A DNA stretch of 64,000 nt, taken from IMG/VR virus record IMGVR_UViG_3300021602_000008, positions 1,217-65,216 of that record; one strand, given 5' to 3'. The position numbers and the translations under genes were made by a program. Positions 20,101 through 29,700 of the stretch are shown piece after piece. Numbering within the stretch: the first letter of the stretch is position 1; each line of letters begins with the position of its first letter. The notes under the pieces were generated by a model. The model was given only the letters and a program-made list of their open reading frames with translations. It was not told the origin of the DNA and made no database searches. This DNA is from a virus (Duplodnaviria > Caudoviricetes).

Positions 20101-21013
20101 GAATATCACGGATTTCTTTGGTACACAACATCAATGGAGTGTGGTAAAGACAGATAATGCCGCTTATGGTATTGATGCCAACAAGAGAAAAATATGGAGA
20201 TTGGTGGTAGGTCAGGGATTGGAATTGATTTCAGATACAAAACATTATCGTGCAAAGCTATATGAGATCCTTGAACAAGGTCCCAATTCCTTTCATTCCG
20301 ATATCATTGAAAGCATTCCTGATAATCCTGTTTGTAAGGGAGGGATAGTTGGTGCTTTTTCACGAAGCAATAATGACATCATCTTTGCATTCATGTTTGA
20401 TCAGACCATACAAAAGCCATTGAATAACTATTGTATAAAATTCAATGAGAGTGGTGATTCATTTACGGGAACATATGGTCATAAGTCACCATTCTATATG
20501 GCATTGAATAATGATTTCTTCTCATTCAATCCCAATATCTTTCCTTCACAGAATATCATTCCTACAGGACAGGGTGATTTCTATCGTGAGGGCGTGGATG
20601 TTACCACTACAGGAAATGATAATCGTTCAACCTTTTATGGTGTACTTGAACCGATGACTTTCTCATTCAATGTAAATGCAGGAAGTGATTTCATCAAGAT
20701 CTTTGATCATTATTATATCAATAGTGATCCTAACACTCCTGACAATGTACAATATGAGACTGTTCAACAATTGTGTGTACAGAATCCATTTCTACAACCG
20801 GTAATATCAAATTACCTTCGTCCTGCGTATAAGGAGAATCAATGGATGGTTCCGATCTCGCGTGCTACGGCTATCACAAATATGACCAATAACATCTATG
20901 CTGTAGGATCGCCAATGAGAGGACAATTCATCAAAACCACATTGGAATATATGTTGAACAAACCTATATTTGTAAAGTCAGTTGATACACATTTTAGACT
21001 ATCATCAAAATGA
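17129..21013 (+). CDS. Tail stabilization/muzzle protein
   Basis: 1294 aa; N.F.KG.D.D...DA.N.R start, YFTDN.NP.R.IN, GYFRSE.Y, GD.F, FGTQHQWSV and Y.ID..KRKIW motifs. Confidence 0.85.
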   Translation: MPNQVNEFYKGIDADTDPMKTAPDSLRDAHNIRIINNKGQGFVITNIGGNEYEYSLSLGFIPLGSCQFNGIEYIFSINPITLSGEIGTYPSPLRGVNNSCNPTGGFDHTYKPLNNFTLAVNPLVNPNAQLYDFRTTLFDFDCEHQIECFARIDYDDSVNLYFTDNKNPYRTINSGFNQSGICNGRNYWNGSFPNGIEALSETCSAPIVDSIALDQSGCLRAGNWIFYARYNTLNFNPTSFLGESNAVEIFADALSAGIVIDGDISQLDCGKSITLNFSNIDTTYPYLEIGYSYHFDGTFETALVDFLFPINPNSTTLQIKITGCEDTVDIIADDIISRKTSDDIFKTITQLENRFWGANVKTRAKFHPDLLAFAKATIAKPNDSLSIFDKQFAVGDGAPPYGQYKDYQKTYKETGYFRSEAYALSMIFVFKSGRESEPLPLSSYDYWFDPTLLNINDQGIIRFPAPSADAGQSPLQQSQNSLSIMGIEFDMTACVFTQWMKNNVCGFYFMRGERNPNMMYQGMTLDTFNAVGLHNNMSLLSYGGMWPTCAGGLLIPGMTDVNHETLNRIPLFGGTAPFLGTCNPTIGASHTAVSEYHVPVVARQFGMYSPDHFFNKGLTDKQYTIYKMAQCTYSSTTLSSDHTPNRLYEVQAITPIAAQREQPICHNIKEWTVQPNPSGTGFVSYFEEPTDENNANSFYYRKKHEFALPGYFLWANRSFATTRYIGIDATATPTNIANYSEALISIFKEDPDPLNGFIYTDQYDVKNTKYFKISNFIDINTYTSVIPGAVFYRGDCFLQRTYIKQLQNPSVYSNTKQDDFNNYFSFGILMSVVTENSVNTAMRRQDASYSYYPATGLGNPNLFVTQNNSLESELYNKGYQQVLSLYAIFGYDSSIPYRGVHYPTRIKYSNLHTPNAFSDAYRTIDKAAYKDFDFRMGSINKILDLNAKLISIQDQGMNLHYVNDRAMLSQGNASAGQLLLGAGDILAQKAENITDFFGTQHQWSVVKTDNAAYGIDANKRKIWRLVVGQGLELISDTKHYRAKLYEILEQGPNSFHSDIIESIPDNPVCKGGIVGAFSRSNNDIIFAFMFDQTIQKPLNNYCIKFNESGDSFTGTYGHKSPFYMALNNDFFSFNPNIFPSQNIIPTGQGDFYREGVDVTTTGNDNRSTFYGVLEPMTFSFNVNAGSDFIKIFDHYYINSDPNTPDNVQYETVQQLCVQNPFLQPVISNYLRPAYKENQWMVPISRATAITNMTNNIYAVGSPMRGQFIKTTLEYMLNKPIFVKSVDTHFRLSSK

Positions 21014-24000
21014 GTAAAAAATCATTATATTCTCTTGCTAAATATCAAACTGGTGGAGGTCGACCTCCTATTTATACACAGGATCCAAATGATGAAAGAC
21101 TCAAAATGTATTCTGATTCTTTAAACCTTTATAAGGCATACAAGTATCAGAAGAAAAATATGGGTCCTGTTTATGACCAATGGTTAAATAGTATAGGAAA
21201 CGCGTCACATATGGATCCTAAACAATTAAAAAATATACGTGATGCAAATGGTTGGACACCAGGAAAAGTAGTTGAACCTGGTAATAGTACTTCTGATTAC
21301 AATAAACCTCCATCTTATTTTACACAGTTTGATCCTTTAACTAATCTGGAGAAAGATACTGTGGTAAATTATTACAAAAGTCTTCCATTCAATTATCCTA
21401 CAAAAATAGGAATGCATGTGAGTTCTGATTTATGGCACAGTAAAATAAATCCAATTGCAGAATATACAGATGGTCTTGCATTAAGTCCTGTTTACAAAAA
21501 ACCTGTACAGCCAGTTGTTCTCGGAAATCCTCCAGTAGATAATACTACACCTGATCCAAGAAGTCAGAATGCAAAACCAACTCCAACGCCAACTCCCGTT
21601 CCAGTACAAACTGCACCAGCTACTCCTGTGGTATCACAGGCTCGATTCAGAAAACAGACAACTAACTTTGGACAGACTTATTATTGGGCAAAAGATGCAG
21701 AAGGAAGATGGTATCAGACAGGTGAAATTCCAAGAGGGACATTACCTTCAGAAATTGAACCTGAGATTACTGCAGAACAAACAAAAAATTTAGCAAACGG
21801 TGGTCCATTTGGTTCAAATAATGAACGTCAAATGGAAAATCCAGGTGCTCCAATTGCAAAAGGAATAAGCAATCCAAACTATCAAGGACAATTCTTACCT
21901 TTTGATCAAAATGCAGATGGATCAAAGAGAATAAGAAATTCTGATAATCAAACTGAATATACAATTGGAATATCAACTCCATTTGGAGAATTCAATATTC
22001 CAACTGTTGTAAATGGAGTACAATTATCACAACAGGAAGCTGTTGATAGATTCAAAAAAACAGGTGAACATACTGGAAAATATAATACTCAAGAAGAGGC
22101 AGATTTAGGATCAGAAAGTAGAGAAAAAGTAAATATTGCTTATGGATCAACAGGACTTTATAATAAAGGAGGACAAATGAAAAAATCACTATATTCAATG
22201 AGTAAAAGTTATAATGGAGGCGGTCCAGGAGATCCCCCATCAACAAGTGGTGGCGGTTGGTATAGGGAAAAAGGTACGTGGAAACAATTTAATTATGGGA
22301 CAAAAGAAAATATACCAAAAGGTGAAGGTTGGGTATGGATGGATTCTAATCCCACGACTGCTAACCCCACGATAGTTGTTGATCCAAATAAGATGCCTGG
22401 TCAGGATAACATGTTTGGACAGAATGATGAAAGGAAATGGTTAGATAGGACACAATCAATACCATTAAACGATGATAAAGCAAAGTCACAACCTTTTTTT
22501 ACAACAGATAATGTTACACCATCTGCAATAGGACCAGATTTTCTTCCTAATACACAGGCTAAGCCACGTCCAGCATATGCTTATCCTGAAAGATATTATG
22601 ATGAAATCGATAATCATAATAAATATTATGGTCAGAACAACGATACTTACAATAATGGAGGACCAGCAAAAAAATCATTGTATTCAATGGGCAACAACTA
22701 TAATGCAGGTGGTCCAAAATACTTTGTCAATGGAGGTGCAAATACACCTTCTTCTTGGGCATCATTTCCACCTGTGCAACAAGATGATGTTGCAGAACAG
22801 ATGAAGAGAATGTCCATGCAACAAGGCACAGATCCATTTCAACAGAAATCACAATTACAGGATCCTACTCAGATGTTCAATCAGATGTCAAGCAAGACAC
22901 AAGGACCTCCTTCAGGATTACAGGCAGTAGGTCAGGTAGAAGGACAAATTGGTAAGATGATAGGTCAACAAGGTGCTAATCCTTATCAGCAACAATCTCA
23001 GATGCAGGATCCTTACAAGATGAATTTTGGTGCCACTAAAACTTTAGTTGGGGCGGCGGCCACAACAGGAAATCCTTTCATAATAGCAGGAAGTGCTGTT
23101 GCAGGAGTTGCACTTGATGCGTCTAATCATGTAAAGAGCATGAAGAAATCTCAAATTGCAAATGAGCAAATAGGTGAAGGTAATCGTCAATATCAGGCAA
23201 ACAATAGTGTGTATGCACAACAAGGTGGTTATCAACAACAATTCAGTGCGGCTGATGGTGGAAGTCCTGGACGTTCACTTTGGCAATTGAATCAGTCTGA
23301 TTTCGAAATGGACAATGAAGATCAACAACGCAATAACAATAATAACTACAATAAAGGTGGTGCTGGCAATCAACAACAGAATACCGCACATGTTGTTCCT
23401 AATGACCGTTTGGAGTTCGCGAAGAATCTCCTTAATTTCATTGGTATTGATGGTGACAAGAAAATACATAATGGATCACACGTAGGACCTGATGATGTTG
23501 GTGTAACGACAGGTGAAGGAATGAGTAATCCTGGAGGTGTAAAGGATGATCACATGCAAGTCAATATCGAAGGTTCGGATGCACGCGTTTCTCCAAAGGA
23601 ATTGGTAATGGGTGGAAATATAAAATCACAAATCAAATCTGCAACAGGTTGGGATGAAGGTGATATAGAGAAGAATTTCTCACCTAATTCTCCTTATAAT
23701 AAGTTCCATACTTCTACAGGTGGAGGTAATGATGAACATCGTAATGAGAATATCCAATATAATGCTCAAGGTGGTGGTATATTTGGCAAGATGAAAAATT
23801 TCTCATATGGAGGATCAGATGAACCATATACAGGAATTCGTGATTTTATTTACAGTCATACACATTCAGGTGATTATAGAAATGATCCAACACATTTTTC
23901 TCCAACCCAAAGGAACTTATTGAAAAGTACGGATCCTACACTTGATCCAAGTGATGTTTGGACACAAGGACAAATAGATACCAATGCAAATAATGAATAT

Positions 24001-24753
24001 AAAAAAAATAATCCTGATCCAACTGCACCTCCTGTAACAACACCTCCTCCTCCAGGTACTCCAGAGGATCCGATGTTCAGTAAGTACAGGAAGATGAATA
24101 ATCAATTATTTGGTGCAAGTATGGTTGTTGGTGGAGCCGAGACATTATGGAATATGCTAAATAAAAATCAACCATATGCAAAACCTGAAGAATTTCATGC
24201 TAAATTCGAAGATCAGAATTTCAATGCAATTGCTGCAGCGAAAAAATCAGAATCTCAATTGGCAGGAAATACTGCAAGATACAATGCACGAAATGTAAAT
24301 CAAACTCCTGAGACAAATGTTGGAATTCATGCAAATGAACTTCAAGTTGGTCAACAGAATGCGGCTGAAATGGAAGCAATGCGTAATGAACAACAAAAGA
24401 CAAATGTTGGAATAGCAAACAATGCAAATATGTTCAATTTACAATCACGTAATAAATGGACACGCGATAATGAGGATTCTGAATATCAATTAAGACAAGC
24501 AAAAGGAGCCGCAGTTGGTGCAGAACTTGGTCAGATGCTTAAGGCAGGACAAGGTTATGGAAATTCAATTTATGCAGGAATGGCATTACAGGGAGGAATG
24601 AATGCAATGGATAATGCAAATGCAATTTATTCTAAAATGAAATCCGGAACACAAGTTAGTTATGATGAATTTTCTCAGGCTTTAAAATCACAAGGAAACA
24701 TTGCTACACCAGAAATGTATCAACAGTATTTGACAGCAATAGGTAAAGGATAA
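21010..24753 (+). CDS. Internal virion (cargo/ejection) protein with repeated xxxGG motifs
   Basis: 1247 aa, no Cys seen, N/Q/G/P-rich, hydrophobic Gly/Ala segments; lies between muzzle and vRNAP genes. Confidence 0.7.
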   Translation: MSKKSLYSLAKYQTGGGRPPIYTQDPNDERLKMYSDSLNLYKAYKYQKKNMGPVYDQWLNSIGNASHMDPKQLKNIRDANGWTPGKVVEPGNSTSDYNKPPSYFTQFDPLTNLEKDTVVNYYKSLPFNYPTKIGMHVSSDLWHSKINPIAEYTDGLALSPVYKKPVQPVVLGNPPVDNTTPDPRSQNAKPTPTPTPVPVQTAPATPVVSQARFRKQTTNFGQTYYWAKDAEGRWYQTGEIPRGTLPSEIEPEITAEQTKNLANGGPFGSNNERQMENPGAPIAKGISNPNYQGQFLPFDQNADGSKRIRNSDNQTEYTIGISTPFGEFNIPTVVNGVQLSQQEAVDRFKKTGEHTGKYNTQEEADLGSESREKVNIAYGSTGLYNKGGQMKKSLYSMSKSYNGGGPGDPPSTSGGGWYREKGTWKQFNYGTKENIPKGEGWVWMDSNPTTANPTIVVDPNKMPGQDNMFGQNDERKWLDRTQSIPLNDDKAKSQPFFTTDNVTPSAIGPDFLPNTQAKPRPAYAYPERYYDEIDNHNKYYGQNNDTYNNGGPAKKSLYSMGNNYNAGGPKYFVNGGANTPSSWASFPPVQQDDVAEQMKRMSMQQGTDPFQQKSQLQDPTQMFNQMSSKTQGPPSGLQAVGQVEGQIGKMIGQQGANPYQQQSQMQDPYKMNFGATKTLVGAAATTGNPFIIAGSAVAGVALDASNHVKSMKKSQIANEQIGEGNRQYQANNSVYAQQGGYQQQFSAADGGSPGRSLWQLNQSDFEMDNEDQQRNNNNNYNKGGAGNQQQNTAHVVPNDRLEFAKNLLNFIGIDGDKKIHNGSHVGPDDVGVTTGEGMSNPGGVKDDHMQVNIEGSDARVSPKELVMGGNIKSQIKSATGWDEGDIEKNFSPNSPYNKFHTSTGGGNDEHRNENIQYNAQGGGIFGKMKNFSYGGSDEPYTGIRDFIYSHTHSGDYRNDPTHFSPTQRNLLKSTDPTLDPSDVWTQGQIDTNANNEYKKNNPDPTAPPVTTPPPPGTPEDPMFSKYRKMNNQLFGASMVVGGAETLWNMLNKNQPYAKPEEFHAKFEDQNFNAIAAAKKSESQLAGNTARYNARNVNQTPETNVGIHANELQVGQQNAAEMEAMRNEQQKTNVGIANNANMFNLQSRNKWTRDNEDSEYQLRQAKGAAVGAELGQMLKAGQGYGNSIYAGMALQGGMNAMDNANAIYSKMKSGTQVSYDEFSQALKSQGNIATPEMYQQYLTAIGKG

Positions 24754-24757
24754 TAAT

Positions 24758-26719
24758 ATGGGACTATTTTCATCCTTGGGAACAGGAAGTTCCCCTTTAT
24801 TCATAAATAGTGAATTGTCGGCAGGAATAGATTCTTCTCCATTGAAATATTATGTGGACAAGAAAGAGGATGCAAAGGATGCATTGGCAAAAAAGTTGGC
24901 TGCTGACACACCTACTATCCCAAAGTTTGATGTTGATGGTCTTCCAGGAAATGCACAGGCATTAGAGAATAAATACAATACTGCTGTAAATAATGTTTCT
25001 GAAGGTGTAAAGAAATATGGTGGGCTCTGGACAATATATACAAATACAGATGAGGGAAAAAGTGCATTAGGAAAGGTTGCAACAACGGTCTATGATGCTA
25101 ATATGGCTAAACAGAATAAGAAGCAATATGAGGCACAAGCTGAATTTGTTGACAAGAATAATCTTGGTGGATTAATTTATATTGATCGTTCAACAGGTGC
25201 CCCATTGCGGGATAAGACTGGATTTGCAAAGAATGCAACTTATCTTGATTATCAGACAGGATCCAATGAATGGGATGAAAATGGTAATATAGCAAAAAAG
25301 GATTTGACTATTCTTGAAGGTGATAGTGGAACCGTGAATGCTGAATTCAAGAATTACATGACTCAGTTAGGTACCACTGAGAATATGAGCGAGAGTGAGA
25401 AACAGGCGAAACTTACAGGTGGTGCTTATGATTATGATGGATTGATTAAAAACAAGAATTCCAAGAAAAACAATTTCAGTCAGTTATTGTCAATGTCCAG
25501 GAATCTTTATAGCAATATGTCACAATCTTCGAAAACAGGTATGTTGCGTGAGGTTTATGATATTGGAGAAAAGGAAGGTGCTGCAGGAATTGAGAATGTC
25601 TTGAATGATGGATTAGCAGAAAAGGATAAGATCAAGATTGATATGGATCGTCTCTCATCAAATGATCCAAAGGATATCAGTTATCGCAATGGTGTCATGG
25701 CATTATATACAATGAAACGTGTTGACAATGCAGTTCCTTCCTATATACAATCGGAAGAGGGCCATAGTCAAACCATGACTCAAGGAACAAAAATTGCCAA
25801 TGAGAAAGCTGCGAATGTTGAAGCTGATAAACGCGGTTATATTGCACAGGTACAGGCTGGAAATATCATTCCAAAACAATTGGATGACAGGAATGTGAAG
25901 TATTATAATCCCACCACAAAATTATGGGAAACCAGAAAGGTTTCCGGTGGAGTTCAATATAGTGGTTTGGCTGCAGTACAGGGATTGGCAGATATAAACA
26001 AGGATATTATAGGAAAGACACTTGAATCATTAGGTATTGATGCGATTCGTTTTGGTGATTCCGGAACAGTGAATAACCTAAGTACAAGTTCTAATTTGAA
26101 GAATGCAACAATAGTTTCCGCTAATCGTATTGTTACTGATGATGCACTTGTATATGATCCAACGAATCATACCTATCGTGCTCCTACTTCCCAAGAGAAG
26201 GATCATGCACAAGAAGTAATTTCAAATGCAGTACCAGATCCCAATGATCCATTGGTGATGCTTTATCAAAGGGGTAATAATGCAGGACAACCACTTACTG
26301 ATGAGGATTTGAAGACCTATCAGGGAAGTCAGGCAAATTACATGGAATATACCATTGACCTTGGTCCTTCGGGCGAAGCCGGACTTGATCTTCACCATAA
26401 TGATTTTGTCGATAATACGGATTCTCCAAAAACCGTTGACGCAACCGATAATTATTATTTGGGACCATTGAGCATTAATGATGTCAATAGTACCCTTACC
26501 TATGAACAAAAGGGTGCTGATGGAAAAACACATTATTATACCAAAATTTCAGCACCAATGCAACCATCAGATGTTGCAACCGGAAATGAGAATGCTAACC
26601 TTTATGCAGGTTATGGAAGTATGAAATCCATTTATGACAAGGATGCGGAACAACAGGCCGCACAAACAAAGGCAAGGGAAAAAATATTGAGTAGTCCATT
26701 TTTTCAAATTGATAATTAA
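24758..26719 (+). CDS. Internal virion (cargo/ejection) protein
   Basis: 653 aa, no Cys seen; position immediately upstream of the vRNAP polyprotein. Confidence 0.65.
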   Translation: MGLFSSLGTGSSPLFINSELSAGIDSSPLKYYVDKKEDAKDALAKKLAADTPTIPKFDVDGLPGNAQALENKYNTAVNNVSEGVKKYGGLWTIYTNTDEGKSALGKVATTVYDANMAKQNKKQYEAQAEFVDKNNLGGLIYIDRSTGAPLRDKTGFAKNATYLDYQTGSNEWDENGNIAKKDLTILEGDSGTVNAEFKNYMTQLGTTENMSESEKQAKLTGGAYDYDGLIKNKNSKKNNFSQLLSMSRNLYSNMSQSSKTGMLREVYDIGEKEGAAGIENVLNDGLAEKDKIKIDMDRLSSNDPKDISYRNGVMALYTMKRVDNAVPSYIQSEEGHSQTMTQGTKIANEKAANVEADKRGYIAQVQAGNIIPKQLDDRNVKYYNPTTKLWETRKVSGGVQYSGLAAVQGLADINKDIIGKTLESLGIDAIRFGDSGTVNNLSTSSNLKNATIVSANRIVTDDALVYDPTNHTYRAPTSQEKDHAQEVISNAVPDPNDPLVMLYQRGNNAGQPLTDEDLKTYQGSQANYMEYTIDLGPSGEAGLDLHHNDFVDNTDSPKTVDATDNYYLGPLSINDVNSTLTYEQKGADGKTHYYTKISAPMQPSDVATGNENANLYAGYGSMKSIYDKDAEQQAAQTKAREKILSSPFFQIDN

Positions 26720-26767
26720 TAATTAATTCAGGTCAGATGTAAATGCTGATTTGATAAAAACAATTTT

Positions 26768-29700
26768 ATGACACCACCTCCTACACCACCACTCAATCCA
26801 TCAAACATTCAAACACCGACAATCACACCTGCTCCAAAAAAATTGGATTATATGGGATTGCGTCTTTCAGGGGTTGATAACAATTCTATTCTTGATTATT
26901 CCGCGAAAACCAATCAGGTTCCAACCATGCTTTCAAAAGAGGATGCGTGGTCAAAGTACGGTGAATCCGTATATGGTAATGACAAGATGAAGTTTGGATT
27001 GGCATATGATAGTTCCAATGAAGCGTATAATGCTTACAATACAAGTGTTCATGAAGGTACAATGCAGAAAGTGCAATACCGTTCAAATGATGCCATTCCA
27101 AGTAATGTCTCAACTCCATTTTCAAGGATGGAACATGGTTATTCCAATTTTGCACCTCCAACATCACAAAAAACCATTGATGATCGTTTCATAGGATCTG
27201 CAACAGGGGCATATACACAAATCAAATCCGATGAGATATTTGCTGATGGGCGTAATATTGTATCGACAAAGGATGGCAATGTAAGTAAAGATGAATATTA
27301 CAGGAACCAATTACATAGGATGTCGGGTGGTACTGATAAGACAAGTGATGTATGGTTTAATAGTGCATTGTTTGCAGGAACAATGGGACTTGCAAAACAG
27401 GATGAATCTGCTCATATGCTTGCCCTTGATTATGATGAACAGGGATTACCCATATGGAGGGATAAATCCCTTACGGAGTCATTGAAAGGATCTACTATCC
27501 GTTCTGCGTGGGGATCACGCACGATGCACAATAATTGGTTTGAGGATATTGGTGGCACTGCAGTAAATGAATTCGTAACCAATGTACCTTCCATATTCGG
27601 ATCACTTGCCGAAACGGGAATGTATCTTGTAAAGGGACAAGTCATTGATCCTTATTTGGCACATTCTGGCATATCACCAAAAGAACAGAAGTCATTCGAT
27701 GAAGGGTTTGCCAACAATCCATTGATGCGTTGGGCAAACATTGCACAAAATGTTTCATCCGCAGGTTATTTCAATGAATCTCAAAATCAACAACGTGGAC
27801 TTGAAGGGACATCTGGAAGAATGATTGGTGGTGCAATTGGAATGATGCTACAAGCTGTAGCAACAGGTGGAATTGGTGAGGTAGGTGGATTATTGAAAGG
27901 TGGAATAGGATTGAGTGATGAAGCATTTCAATTATCGGCTAAAATTGCAATAGATGAAGGCAAGTCGCCATTGATAGCTGAATTACATTCCATTGCAAGA
28001 CAGGGTATTACAAAGAATGTTTCTGAACGTTTAAACCGTGGTTTCTTTACTATTGCAATGGCTGATGGTTTTCATCAGGGAGCAAAGGAAATGGGAATTT
28101 CTCCCGAGAAAGCCGCAATGGGTTATCTTGGTTCAGCAGTGACAACATATGCATTGATGGGTATTGGACATAAATGGTTCTCTCCTGCCACATCTTCAAT
28201 GATTACAAGACAATCGACCGAATCATCCATGAAGGATATCGTGAAGGAAACTTTCATGGACTATTCAAAGAAGATGTTTCCTGATGTCGCTCCTGCTGAA
28301 TTGACCGGAACACAAATTGATGCCGTTGTAAAGGAAACATCAAAAGGTGTTTTTAGAAAAATGGCTGAAGCTGCAAAAAAAGGTGGCAATGCATTATTGA
28401 ATGGAAGGATTGTCCCTGTTTCAAACATAGCATCGGCAACATCTGAAATGGGTTTGATTCACATGGCGAATAATTCCATTCAGATCATGCAGGATTATTA
28501 CAGCAAATATGCAGGTGATGATACTTCAGGAATTGATGGGATGTATGGAGATGTTAATGAAAATGTATTTTCAAGAATCACCAATGGATTAGGTGGTGCA
28601 CTTGAGAATGGTCTGTTGATGGGTGCGATATCAACTGGAATACATTTTTACAAGGGTGGAAAATTAATGAGTCCACAGGAACAGTCACGCAGAATGACAC
28701 TTGGTGATGCAACAGTCAATAACATGTTGCCTGAATTGGAGAAGACTGCAGATGCGATGTACAAGAATGGTGAGATTGGTGCACATTGGGCCAATGCAAA
28801 AACCGGTGAGGTTATCCGTGATGGTGAGATTGATCCGCAAACAGGAGTGCGTCCAACATCTATTGCAGATGAATCATACAGTAACTTCAAACAGGATATC
28901 CGAAATTACAAAAAGATCTATGATGAGAGTGGACTGAAAAAATGGAATGATAGTGCCACAAAAGATAAATACATTAAGAAATCCGGTACAGAAAATCTTG
29001 ATGCACATACATCCAAGATGCTTGATGAATTGGTTGATCCAAATATGCTTGCACGTGAGGGTATTGAACATGCGGTTAACATCAGGGATCTTAATAAAAA
29101 ACTTGTTGATGCAAAGACTGACTTAGAAAAATCCACTATCAAAAAACAATTGGATATTGCCAATGAAAAACTGAATGACATCATTACTGATAAGCGTTCA
29201 AATGAAATCATTCGTGATGGAATTGTGCGTGATTATATTGCTGATACAAATAAGGCTTATGACTATGGTTCTTCAGGAGTAAAAGAAGCTATTGCATTAC
29301 AGAAAAAAGAGGGTTTTCATAAGGTTGTTGATGTCTTTAATACTTCTGTTTCAAATGGAATTGCAAAATTCCTTAATGATAAGAATGACGCAGAAGAGAC
29401 AATGGGTAATGCTATTTCTCAGATAAAAGAAATCACATCATCAATTTCAAAAGGTAATAATGAGAAAATAGTTAAAGTTGCATCTGATCTTGTGAAAACA
29501 GGATCTGTTGCTGCTGCAGAACATCTCGCTAATCTTAATAATGGAATAAAGGCTGCTGCTGAAAAACACATCAACGAGACTATTTCCGATATAAAGGCAA
29601 AACATCCAGAAGAGGTAAAGAATGTTGAGGTTGATCCTGAAGATGAACCAATGGATACACTTGAAGAACATATTAGGTTATTGCCTGATAGTGCAAAGGG

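Noticed and set aside
26728-26754. Weak hairpin TCAGGTCAG/CTGATTTGA before the vRNAP gene
   Set aside because: It depends on G-T pairs and has no U-tract; too weak to call.
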